NCBI GenBank assembly: GCA_944389535.1
Contig: CALXMS010000001.1
Location: forward strand, 103,202-167,201
Origin: an uncultured Alphaproteobacteria bacterium
GTDB taxonomy: Bacteria; Pseudomonadota; Alphaproteobacteria; Rs-D84
Reading direction: 5' to 3'
Length of the DNA: 64,000 nucleotides
The notes beneath the pieces were generated by a model. It did no database searches. It saw nothing but the letters and a program-made list of their open reading frames with translations, and was not told the DNA's origin. Numbering within the stretch: the first letter of the stretch is position 1; the number at the start of each line of letters is the position of its first letter. A program made the translations under genes and the position numbers. This document shows, piece by piece, positions 9,036 through 17,757 of the stretch.

Positions 9036-9544
9036 TGAAATTTACTAAGGACATGGCAGAAAATCGTTTAAAAGAAATGAATATGGGCGATATGCCGATA
9101 ACTGAAATCAAGCCAACTCCAACAAATGTAGCCAGTGACTGGTTTAAATCATATAAACATTTATGTCGTGAATTTATGCGATCCTTAACCGATTCTGTTG
9201 AGGAACTAGCATTTATGAATCTAAACCAAAATGAATTTATGTCATTGATAATGGGAAAAAACGTTCCTCAAAATATATCTATACGATTTCGTATACCTCT
9301 TATATGGGGCGGAAAACTTGAAATAGATAATTTATTTATGTGTTCGACCTTTCCTTATTCTCAGAAGCTGGACCAATTCATACTAGAACAGTCTGGTTCA
9401 GATAGTATATGGTTACCGAATCCGGTAAAAAAAATTTATATTCAAGCACATACGTCATCTGGTGGTGATGGCGGTAACGCAACAGAAGATCGATTAAGTC
9501 AAATTGCGGCACAAATAGTTGCTGCGAAAGGAATGGAACAATAA
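9035..9544 (+). CDS. Hypothetical soluble protein, second operon gene
   Basis: The start ATG overlaps the upstream stop (ATGA). 169 aa with no recognisable family motifs. Contains a GGDGGNATEDRL segment. Confidence 0.4.
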   Translation: MKFTKDMAENRLKEMNMGDMPITEIKPTPTNVASDWFKSYKHLCREFMRSLTDSVEELAFMNLNQNEFMSLIMGKNVPQNISIRFRIPLIWGGKLEIDNLFMCSTFPYSQKLDQFILEQSGSDSIWLPNPVKKIYIQAHTSSGGDGGNATEDRLSQIAAQIVAAKGMEQ

Positions 9545-9557
9545 GCTGGAAACAAAC

Positions 9558-9992
9558 ATGACCTGTTCTGAATTTATATCTTTAATGGAAACGAAAAATG
9601 CTTTATTTACAGCGGCCGCATCTACGCGGTCAATAATGTTAACTAATTCAGCATTACAAAATATACGTGCGGCTATATTACCACAATTTATGATAGAACT
9701 ATATCAAAGACATGGTGCAATAAATCTTGGCAACGGTTATATTTTTGGTCCCACAGAAGTCAAACGCGGAAACAAATACCCGATACCAAGTATTTCGCAG
9801 TTAAATAATGATTTAATAAATATATCTAAATTACGGGGGAAAACTGTATTTGGTCGAAACGATTTATTTTGGTTTGCGTTTGATTCTTTCGGCACTTGTT
9901 ACATGTTAGATAATGTAACATTAAAAGAACTACGGAAATATTCAGACCCATATCAGTCTCTTTCAGATTGCTTAATTATAGGTGCTTTATAA
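9558..9992 (+). CDS. Hypothetical protein, possibly SUKH (SMI1/KNR4)-like immunity-type fold
   Basis: The track ORF starts at a TTG at 9519, overlapping the upstream gene. The first ATG, at 9558 (MTCSEF...), is the likelier start. Pattern LPQFMIELYQRHGAINLGNGYIFGP ... KTVFGRNDLFWFAFDSFGTCYMLDNVTLKEL resembles SUKH-1 domains (N-terminal LP..Y..F, C-terminal G.d.gG..y.lD). The similarity is weak. Confidence 0.4.
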   Translation: MTCSEFISLMETKNALFTAAASTRSIMLTNSALQNIRAAILPQFMIELYQRHGAINLGNGYIFGPTEVKRGNKYPIPSISQLNNDLINISKLRGKTVFGRNDLFWFAFDSFGTCYMLDNVTLKELRKYSDPYQSLSDCLIIGAL

Positions 9993-9995
9993 AAA

Positions 9996-10199
9996 ATGAA
10001 AAAATTATCAGTATCTTTATCTGGTCATCAAACCAGCATATCTTTAGAACAAGAATTTATAGACGAATTACATAAAATTTCAAAAGCAGAAAATAAATCT
10101 GTTGCATCAATTATAGAAAGTATTGATGATCAACGCACCCCAGAAACAAATTTATCATCTGCCATAAGAGTATGGATTTTAAAAAAACGCTTAGCATAA
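9996..10199 (+). CDS. Ribbon-helix-helix domain protein (RHH_4 family; often mis-annotated as aryl-sulfate sulfotransferase)
   Basis: 67 aa. MKKLSVSLSGHQTSISLEQEFIDELHKISKAE...NLSSAIRVWILKK matches the conserved alphaproteobacterial RHH_4 pattern (KRSVSIaGH.TSiSLEdeFW...NLSSAIRvfvL). Confidence 0.6.
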   Translation: MKKLSVSLSGHQTSISLEQEFIDELHKISKAENKSVASIIESIDDQRTPETNLSSAIRVWILKKRLA

Positions 10200-10201
10200 A
10201 A

Positions 10202-12214
10202 TTAATTTTTATTCTGCTTTGCATACAATGATATTGTGCATATACAAGAAAACAATAGAATAATTATCATCCACGTATCTCGACCAATACTTCTATATGG
10301 CGTTACATGGGCACCGAAAATTACACCATCCATATAACCTGATAAACCGACAGGAATTTCTGACATTACCGCACCATCGGCAGAAATAAATGCACTAATT
10401 CCTGAATAATTTGCTCTAATAATCGGTAAACCAGATTCAATAGCATAACGTCGAACCATGTCTAGATGCTGATAAGTTCCTGGCGTATTACCAAACCAAG
10501 TATCGTTTGTTATATTTATAACAGCATCGGGGTGTTCTCCTTTGGGAACCAAAGAGTCAGAAAAAATAATTTCATAACATATTGCCGGTGCAAATTTAAA
10601 AGAATGGTCCTTTATATTCATATTTATAATTTCTGGTCCGAAGCCCTTTTCTAATTGTCCAGGCGTCGGAATAATATCACCAAAAGGTCTATATTCACCA
10701 AAAGGAACTAAATGAGATTTACTGTATACTTTTTGAATTTCTCCGTTTGACGTTGATACTATCATTGAATTATACATATTATTATCAGAATAAGTCGTTG
10801 CTCCAATAATAACATTATTATTTAATACCTCCGCCAAAGGCATATCATCTCCTTTTAAAACAACAAAAGGATATGATGTTTCTGGAAAAACGATTAAATC
10901 GGGAGCCCCTGTCGAAGAAGCCAAATCTATTAAAACTCTTACATTTTCTGTGGCATTTTGTATTGCTTCTTCTCTAGAATGTGTCGCTTTTTGCACTGCG
11001 CTGCGCGCTGGTTGAACAACCCTTATGATGGGGCTAGTACTTGTGATCTGTTTAGATTTTTTGACATTAATATAACCATAAGTCGATCCAATAAAAGCTA
11101 AAACAAGAAATATTATAAACGTTACCCAGCCTATTTTGCTTTTACGTAAATTCACTAATTCAATGATTGACGCAATTAATCCCAAAACAACAAAAGAAGC
11201 ACCTAACGCGCCCCATAAAGACATAGAATTACTCAACAATTGTGACGGCATAAGAATGTTAGCAATTGGATTCCATGGAAATCCTGTTAACAGCCATTCT
11301 CTGAACCATAATATAAGCACCCATGTTGCAGCAAATAAAAACGCCCTACATGCTGGAAAAGTACGCACACGCATCACCACGACAAAGGGTATGGAAAAAA
11401 CAACCCCTCCTAATAATGCTATTCCTAATAATGCCGGTATAGTCCATATCGCGAATTGAGCAGTCAGTTCCGGAACAACATAAATAGAGTTTACTACCCA
11501 CCAAAACATAGCAAGCGCATATGCTGCGCTAAATGGCAAAATTCTTAAAAAAGCTTTTAGTGTGGTTATATTATGCGTTACGTTTATAGATAACTTATAA
11601 GCGGCAGCAACGGCTATCAAAGTTGCCCACCAAATATGAAACGGGGCAAAACCTAATGCTGCAATTCCCCCTAACAAGGCCATAATTATATACTGCCATA
11701 TAGAATTTTCTTTTATTTTGAAACGTTTTAACCATAAAAATATTTTGTTTCCGGGACAACACGATAAATCGCTGCATGCGTTAGATTCCGCTTTATAGGG
11801 ATTTTTTATACCAATGTTTTTTAAAATATTTATTTCTTTGTTTTCCATTATTTTTGCGTCTTTGTCCCTAATATGGTCATACCCTTGTAAATGCAATACA
11901 CCGTGAACAATCATATGCGCTGCATGATCTTCAAATGATATATTTTCATCCTTGCATTCACGTAAAACTGTATCGAAAGAAATATAAATATCTCCTAAAA
12001 GAATATCATCATCTAATTCAAACGATAACACGTTAGTTGGTTTATCTATATTGCGGTATGTTTTATTTAATTGGTGAATTTTTGCATCATTAGTTAATAC
12101 AATAGATACCTCAGCGTCTTTACCGACATGTAAAGCCGCTGCATTTGCTATTTTATTAAAATCAATCTTGTATTTACGCCAACGTTCATCGTCATAATTT
12201 ATATAAATTTTCAT
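10202..12214 (-). CDS. ybeY/lnt: Fusion ORF: N-terminal endoribonuclease YbeY domain joined to apolipoprotein N-acyltransferase Lnt
   Basis: The first ~140 aa carry the YbeY zinc-binding HGVLHLQGYDH motif. The remainder has the Lnt multi-TM N-terminus and a C-terminal CN-hydrolase domain (PETSYPF ... ICYEIIF). One uninterrupted 670-aa frame covers both. The two are usually separate genes in a phoH-ybeY-corC-lnt operon. Confidence 0.75.
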   Translation of the reverse strand: MKIYINYDDERWRKYKIDFNKIANAAALHVGKDAEVSIVLTNDAKIHQLNKTYRNIDKPTNVLSFELDDDILLGDIYISFDTVLRECKDENISFEDHAAHMIVHGVLHLQGYDHIRDKDAKIMENKEINILKNIGIKNPYKAESNACSDLSCCPGNKIFLWLKRFKIKENSIWQYIIMALLGGIAALGFAPFHIWWATLIAVAAAYKLSINVTHNITTLKAFLRILPFSAAYALAMFWWVVNSIYVVPELTAQFAIWTIPALLGIALLGGVVFSIPFVVVMRVRTFPACRAFLFAATWVLILWFREWLLTGFPWNPIANILMPSQLLSNSMSLWGALGASFVVLGLIASIIELVNLRKSKIGWVTFIIFLVLAFIGSTYGYINVKKSKQITSTSPIIRVVQPARSAVQKATHSREEAIQNATENVRVLIDLASSTGAPDLIVFPETSYPFVVLKGDDMPLAEVLNNNVIIGATTYSDNNMYNSMIVSTSNGEIQKVYSKSHLVPFGEYRPFGDIIPTPGQLEKGFGPEIINMNIKDHSFKFAPAICYEIIFSDSLVPKGEHPDAVINITNDTWFGNTPGTYQHLDMVRRYAIESGLPIIRANYSGISAFISADGAVMSEIPVGLSGYMDGVIFGAHVTPYRSIGRDTWMIIILLFSCICTISLYAKQNKN

Positions 12215-12231
12215 AATCCATTACCTATGTA

Positions 12232-14157
12232 TTAATCTAAATTTTTATCAGATTTTGACAAAAGTTTTTCTTTAATCATATTATCTTTGTCTTGTTTTTT
12301 TATATTCTTTGCGGCATTAAAAAATGCGGCTGTTTTATCGGAATAAATATTATTAATTCTGTCCACATCTTTATTTACAGTGACATTGCCATTTGCAACA
12401 GACAATTTATAATTAGCCAAAGCCTTTTTAAAATCTCCTAGCATTTCATATGCAAATCCGGCATTATATTGCGCCGCGGCATACTGACTTTTATCTCCTA
12501 TGCGATGCAAAATTTCTCTGGCCTGCGCAATGGCCTCTTCATATCTACCTAAATGGTTATACGTTGCAGCTAAATCATTATGTAATAACGCGTTATTTGG
12601 ATACTGCACCAACATTTTCTCAAATTGTGTTGCTGCCCCAAGATAATCTTTTTTAGTATATGCAGCTATAGCATTATTGTATTGTTCGTCATAACCAATA
12701 GTATACGTTTTAGCCATAACTCTTTCTTGCGATTTAACAACTTTATAAAAGTTATCATTATTTAGTTCACACTTACCATTTTGACACAAAGCTAAAACAT
12801 CAGATGGTAGAAAGTCTGCCACTTTTTTCCAATGTCGTAAGCTTTCACCTTTAGCGTTTACCGGATTAAGTATCCATTGTTTAAATTTTATAAAAGTTTC
12901 TTTATTTACTTTTCTATTAGTTATATCACCGATAAAAAACGCTTCCTTCTTTTTTCCCATAACACAAAAAAATTCGTACATACCATTTACTGGACAGCTT
13001 AGCAACATTCCAGGTGTTATATCACCAGTTAATAATCCAGCCTCTAACCAACGGCGCCAATACAAACCTCTGCCGCCAGATAAAAAACCACCTAATTTAT
13101 TTGCTACAACATCTTTATCAGCCCCTTTTAACCAAAATTTCCCGAAAGACGTAGTATCTTGTATAGGGTATCGATCAAATATTTTTTGAACCAACGTATC
13201 AGGTACACCATAACCATACTTATCATATAAATTACGCAATTGTTCAAATCTTTCTTTATTATTTTTGTCTTCAGGATTTTCTATCAATTTAGAGTATGAG
13301 TTATATAAAATAGACCCCATACCCAAAACCTCACTTGTTGAAGTAATATTAACGTTTGTTTGTGAAACTTCATAACAATATAAAATGAAATAAGTTTCAC
13401 TTTCTTCCAAATGCCAACGAGCTAATTCATATGCCTCTTCTGTTGTCATCGGTTTAGTTTTCATGGTAACGCGACTGCCGTCTTTTAACATTGTTGAACC
13501 AAAGCCAATTGTAGGTATATTCTTTGAATCAAGATATGGTTTATGTAGCCCTGTTTGTGGATCGACATGAACACCTTCTTTTGCAATTAAATCCGCAATA
13601 AGAAAAGGCGTTATTGGTTGCACTTTATTTAGAAATGCTTTATAAGTACCACGCGCTTGTTTTTCTGCGGCGCGTTTTGTTCGATATTCTTTATATTGTT
13701 TAACCGCGTCCGGGACATATTCTACACCTGCATAAATACTAAAAGACAACGCCGTTAAACCCAGCAACCATATAGCATGCGAGAAAGAATTCGGATTTGA
13801 CTTTATAAACGAAGGAACGAATTTAGTTTTACCGTCTTTATTTTTTTTCACCTTCATTTCTTGAATTTTATTTTCAATTTGCCGCATATATTTATTATCC
13901 ATTGTCAACCAACGCGCCAACGTAAGTAAAAACTGACTGCCTCCAGCTGCCAGCCATGCGGTTCCCTTTGCTAATCCCAAAAAACCTATTGCAGCATTAT
14001 CACGCAATTTTGGGTAACGTTCTTTAATTCCATCTTCATCTTTTTTACTGCGTTTATCACGAATATATTGTACAGGTTTCTTTTTTTCTATAAATTTACG
14101 TAAATTCGCTGCCACTTGTTCTGGTATGGCAACCTTTTCTCTAAATTTTTCTGACAT
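12232..14157 (-). CDS. Membrane-anchored protein with a GH24 (phage-type) lysozyme-like catalytic domain and C-terminal TPR repeats
   Basis: An N-terminal hydrophobic segment (AIGFLGLAKGTAWLAAGG / WLLGLTALSFSIYAGV) precedes the central LIADLIAKEGVHVDPQTGLHKPYLDSKNIPTIGFGSTM...MTTEEAYELARWHLEE. This fits the GH24 E...D-x5-T(IGxG) catalytic pattern and the downstream tEEAe.LL..dL helix. The C-terminus has three or more TPR-like repeats (YNNAIAAYTKKDYLGAATQFEKML... YNAGFAYEMLGDFKKALANYKLSV). Confidence 0.5.
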   Translation of the reverse strand: MSEKFREKVAIPEQVAANLRKFIEKKKPVQYIRDKRSKKDEDGIKERYPKLRDNAAIGFLGLAKGTAWLAAGGSQFLLTLARWLTMDNKYMRQIENKIQEMKVKKNKDGKTKFVPSFIKSNPNSFSHAIWLLGLTALSFSIYAGVEYVPDAVKQYKEYRTKRAAEKQARGTYKAFLNKVQPITPFLIADLIAKEGVHVDPQTGLHKPYLDSKNIPTIGFGSTMLKDGSRVTMKTKPMTTEEAYELARWHLEESETYFILYCYEVSQTNVNITSTSEVLGMGSILYNSYSKLIENPEDKNNKERFEQLRNLYDKYGYGVPDTLVQKIFDRYPIQDTTSFGKFWLKGADKDVVANKLGGFLSGGRGLYWRRWLEAGLLTGDITPGMLLSCPVNGMYEFFCVMGKKKEAFFIGDITNRKVNKETFIKFKQWILNPVNAKGESLRHWKKVADFLPSDVLALCQNGKCELNNDNFYKVVKSQERVMAKTYTIGYDEQYNNAIAAYTKKDYLGAATQFEKMLVQYPNNALLHNDLAATYNHLGRYEEAIAQAREILHRIGDKSQYAAAQYNAGFAYEMLGDFKKALANYKLSVANGNVTVNKDVDRINNIYSDKTAAFFNAAKNIKKQDKDNMIKEKLLSKSDKNLD

Positions 14158-14170
14158 AATTGTTACCTTA

Positions 14171-14536
14171 TTATTTTTTTCCTAAACCTGTTTTTTTAGC
14201 AATTTTTGATCTACGCATCGAATAATTAGGTGCAACGAAAGGATAATCTTCTGGCAGGCCCCATTTTTCACGATATTGCTGCGGTGTCATATTAAATTTA
14301 CGACGAATATACCTGCGCAACATTATATGCCAGGTACCATCTTCCAGACATTGAATTTTATCCTGATGTACAGAATTCTCTATTTGTTGACGAGAAACAT
14401 ATGTTCCTCGTAAAGTTTCACGTGCTTTTTTTACTGCTTGTTCCATAGAAAGTTCCGGATTAGCGCCAATAGCAGCAGCCGCTAAATTAGCCACAGCCAA
14501 AGTAAATTCAGAAGAATCCTTATTTACAGTTACCAA
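14171..14536 (-). CDS. mucR: MucR/Ros-family transcriptional regulator
   Basis: 121 aa with C-terminal TPQQYREKWGLPEDYPFVAPNYSMRRSKIAKKTGLG. This closely matches the Ros/MucR DNA-binding domain (tPeeYRaKWGLPaDYPmVAPnYa..RS.LAK..GLG). The zinc-coordinating positions are partly substituted. Confidence 0.7.
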   Translation of the reverse strand: MVTVNKDSSEFTLAVANLAAAAIGANPELSMEQAVKKARETLRGTYVSRQQIENSVHQDKIQCLEDGTWHIMLRRYIRRKFNMTPQQYREKWGLPEDYPFVAPNYSMRRSKIAKKTGLGKK

Positions 14537-14613
14537 TTGAAAACCTCACTTTTATTTACTAAAATTCATTATATCATAAATAAACATCAAATAAAACCAA
14601 AGTAAAAACAGAT

Positions 14614-15897
14614 ATGTCGACTGAAAACCGACCTCTTGCAGATTTAATGCGTCCGACAACAATAAACGATATTGTCGGGCAACCACAATTACTGGGTGAA
14701 AACGGACTAGTCCGTCGTATGGTCGATAATAACAAATTATCAAATTTAATTTTATGGGGTCCTCCAGGATGTGGTAAGACAACAATCGCCCGTGCTTTGG
14801 CAAAATCGGTTGATATGGATTTCGTACCGATGTCTGCTGTATTTTCTGGTACAGCAGATATAAAAAAAGCAATGGAAGCAGCACGCATGAATTGCGACAT
14901 TGGTCGTTCAACGCTTTTATTTATCGACGAAATCCACAGATTTAATAAAACCCAACAGGATACGTTATTACCATATTTAGAAGATGGAACTGTTGTTTTT
15001 ATGGGTGCTACAACAGAAAACCCAAGTTTTAATTTAAATAACGCTTTATTATCTCGTTGCCACGTTGGTGTATTACAACCTTTATCAACAGAAGACTTAA
15101 TGACGCTTATATCGCGTGCAGAAAAATTCTTAAATAAGAAACTGCCGCTTGACGATTCGGCTCGTTTACATTTAGCACAAATGTCAGATGGAGACGCCAG
15201 ATTTTTATTAAACACGATAGAATATTTATCAAACGCAAATTTTAAAAAGAAATTAACGCCTGAGTCATTAGACAATGTTATACAAAAACGCGCACCGTTA
15301 TCTGACAAAACTGGGGACGAACATTACAATCTTATATCAGCCGTACATAAATCTTTACGTGCCAGTGATACCGATGCCGCATTATATTGGACGGCTCGCA
15401 TGATGACGTCTGGTCAAGACCCAATGTACTTATTTAGACGTCTTACCCGATTCGCAATGGAAGATATAGGGTTGGCAGATCCTAACGCTATGCAAATAGC
15501 ATTATCTGCTTGGCAGGTATATGAACGCATGGGCAGCCCAGAAGGTGACCTTGCGTTGACTGAATTAGTAATATATCTTGGGACGGCACCTAAAAGTACG
15601 GCGAATTACAAAGCGCAAATATCTGCCTATAGTACCGCCAGAGAAACGGGAAGTTTAATGCCGCCTAAAAATATTTTAAATGCGCCGACACGTATGATGA
15701 AGGATATGGGATATGGTGCTGGATACATATATGAACCTAATACAGCATCAGGTTTCAGCGGTCAAAACTGTTTCCCAGAATCAATGGAACGTCAAAAATT
15801 TTATTATCCAATCGAGCGCGGTTTTGAAAGAGAAATAAAAAAACGACTTGAATATTGGGATTCCTTACGAAAAAAAATAAATTCAAAAAAAGATTAA
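14614..15897 (+). CDS. rarA: Replication-associated recombination protein A (AAA+ ATPase RarA/MgsA)
   Basis: Has the Walker A motif LWGPPGCGKTTIARALA, the Walker B motif LLFIDEIHRFNK and the conserved C-terminal MgsA domain. Divergent from mucR with a 77-nt shared promoter region. Confidence 0.9.
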   Translation: MSTENRPLADLMRPTTINDIVGQPQLLGENGLVRRMVDNNKLSNLILWGPPGCGKTTIARALAKSVDMDFVPMSAVFSGTADIKKAMEAARMNCDIGRSTLLFIDEIHRFNKTQQDTLLPYLEDGTVVFMGATTENPSFNLNNALLSRCHVGVLQPLSTEDLMTLISRAEKFLNKKLPLDDSARLHLAQMSDGDARFLLNTIEYLSNANFKKKLTPESLDNVIQKRAPLSDKTGDEHYNLISAVHKSLRASDTDAALYWTARMMTSGQDPMYLFRRLTRFAMEDIGLADPNAMQIALSAWQVYERMGSPEGDLALTELVIYLGTAPKSTANYKAQISAYSTARETGSLMPPKNILNAPTRMMKDMGYGAGYIYEPNTASGFSGQNCFPESMERQKFYYPIERGFEREIKKRLEYWDSLRKKINSKKD

Positions 15898-16859
15898 CGT
15901 TTAATAGATTGACTTAAACAAGTAAGCATATTTATTACGTTCGTCAAAGAATTTGTTTTGCGCGCAACCACGCCAACTTTTGCACGATTGATTAAACCAG
16001 TAAGCGTTCTACCTGGTCCTAATTCATATGCAGAAGTGATATTGTGTTCAGGAAATTTTTCCATTATATCTAACCAGCGCACTCCTTGTGTCATTTGACC
16101 GATTAATGCACTTTTTACATCTTGCGGATCAGACAAAATTTGCGCTGACTGATTAGAAAACCATCTTGTTTTTGGTGAAACTAAATTGATACTTTCCAGA
16201 CGATGATTTAACAAAATTTTTGCGTTTTCCATCAAAGCGCAATGTGCCGGTACAGATACATTTAACTTTTTTGCAATTTTTGCACCCTTTTCTTTTGCGC
16301 GTTCTATAACAGCGTCCAAAGCATCACTTTGTCCGCTGATAGTAAACTGATCTTTTGCATTATGATTAGAAATAGAAGCGAAACCACGACCTGTTGCGGC
16401 CATTAAACACATCTCTACAGCATCTTTATCAAGACCTACAATACAAGCCATACCCCCACCTTCTGCACTTGTCATAGACATATATGTAGAACGTGCAGAT
16501 AAAAGTTTGACAGTATCCTCAAAACTTAAACTACCGGCACAATGCAATGCAGAATACTGTCCCATAGAATGCCCTGTAACAGCATATGCAATTTTATATA
16601 ATGGTGCATTAAAATATGACTCTATTATACGTGCAATAGATACAGAATGAGCCAAAGTCCCCAAAGATGTAAATTCTGGTTTATTTAAAATTTCCTGCGG
16701 TCCATTAAAACACGCCTGTGTTATATTTTTATGTGATATATCACACACTTCTTCAAACGTATGCCGAACAACGGCATATTCTTTAAATAAATCATGTGCC
16801 ATTCCAATATATTGAGCACCTTGACCAGGGAACACAAAAACTATATTTTCTTTCATCAT
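15894..16859 (-). CDS. fabD: Malonyl-CoA:ACP transacylase
   Basis: Has FVFPGQGAQYIGM and the active-site GHSMGQYSAL (GHSxG) motifs. Length 321 aa. Convergent with rarA with a 4-nt overlap of stops. Confidence 0.9.
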   Translation of the reverse strand: MMKENIVFVFPGQGAQYIGMAHDLFKEYAVVRHTFEEVCDISHKNITQACFNGPQEILNKPEFTSLGTLAHSVSIARIIESYFNAPLYKIAYAVTGHSMGQYSALHCAGSLSFEDTVKLLSARSTYMSMTSAEGGGMACIVGLDKDAVEMCLMAATGRGFASISNHNAKDQFTISGQSDALDAVIERAKEKGAKIAKKLNVSVPAHCALMENAKILLNHRLESINLVSPKTRWFSNQSAQILSDPQDVKSALIGQMTQGVRWLDIMEKFPEHNITSAYELGPGRTLTGLINRAKVGVVARKTNSLTNVINMLTCLSQSIKR

Positions 16860-16898
16860 TAAACGTGATTATTGCACAAACATAGAAAATGTCAACAT

Positions 16899-16925
16899 TG
16901 CTTAATAAAAAATCCTGCACAAAAC
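16899..16925 (-). terminator. Putative rho-independent terminator downstream of the outer-membrane protein gene
   Basis: On the minus strand, a GCCTG-ttttgtg-CAGG stem is followed by ATTTTTTATT. Confidence 0.35.
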
Positions 16926-16936
16926 AGGCATTTTTA

Positions 16937-17662
16937 TCAGAATAAAATATTTACATTAACCCCAACCTGCAAATCATCGCTTTCAAATTCATAATCTAGG
17001 TGACCTGCATATTGCGTTCTTCCATATTGACGAACTATTTTTCCCCCTAACCATTCTTGATCATAGTGAGGATTGGTTGCTTTACGCAATGTAAATTGCG
17101 CGCCCAAACGCCAATCTTCTGCTATACGAAAATATGCTTCTGGTGTTGCGTCTATATAGGCCATTCCGCGCTCATCATCGAAAATCCAACTGGATTTTAT
17201 AGTCGCAGCCAAAGTCATACCAGCCCATTGACGCCCAAATCTATAACCGGCATAATACGTAGAATCGGCATAATCAGGCGTACGCACACGGGAAGAACCA
17301 CCAAACTTTAACCCAAATAAAACGTCTGATATTATATTAGAACTATTCCCAGCAGCTGTTCCGACGCGATAAATTCCACCCAAATCAATGGCGGAAAAAC
17401 CGTCTTCTGGTCCATCAAAATCTTGCTGAAAGTGTACGTTTGCCGCTATAGTTAGTCGATTATTCAAACCATATGATAATTCTTGCCCCAGACGTAATAC
17501 GTTATCCCAATAAGTCAAACTTGTTTTAGATAACACTTGTTGTTCAGCCAATAAAAACAATGGGTCTGATGTATCCGTATCTAATGAGTTCGCATATGCA
17601 CCAGAACTTATAGAAAAAACAAGCCCTATTGCGGCAAATAATCCTATTAAATTTTTACGCAT
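16937..17662 (-). CDS. Outer-membrane beta-barrel protein (signal peptide, C-terminal aromatic)
   Basis: Has the signal peptide MRKNLIGLFAAIGLVFSISSGAYA. Alternating amphipathic beta-strand pattern rich in G/Y/W/D. The terminal ...VNVNILF ends in Phe, as typical for BamA substrates. Confidence 0.5.
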   Translation of the reverse strand: MRKNLIGLFAAIGLVFSISSGAYANSLDTDTSDPLFLLAEQQVLSKTSLTYWDNVLRLGQELSYGLNNRLTIAANVHFQQDFDGPEDGFSAIDLGGIYRVGTAAGNSSNIISDVLFGLKFGGSSRVRTPDYADSTYYAGYRFGRQWAGMTLAATIKSSWIFDDERGMAYIDATPEAYFRIAEDWRLGAQFTLRKATNPHYDQEWLGGKIVRQYGRTQYAGHLDYEFESDDLQVGVNVNILF

Positions 17663-17757
17663 CTCTCCCCTTCTTTTTTATAGATTTTTATATAAGCGCT
17701 TTTACTAAAATCTGGGTTCCGACTTTCATCGGAACCCGATAAAGCATTGCCATAAGT

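Noticed and set aside
14552-15308. 244-aa and 119-aa minus-strand ORFs overlapping rarA
   Set aside because: rarA on the plus strand has complete Walker motifs. The antisense ORFs lack motifs and an RBS.
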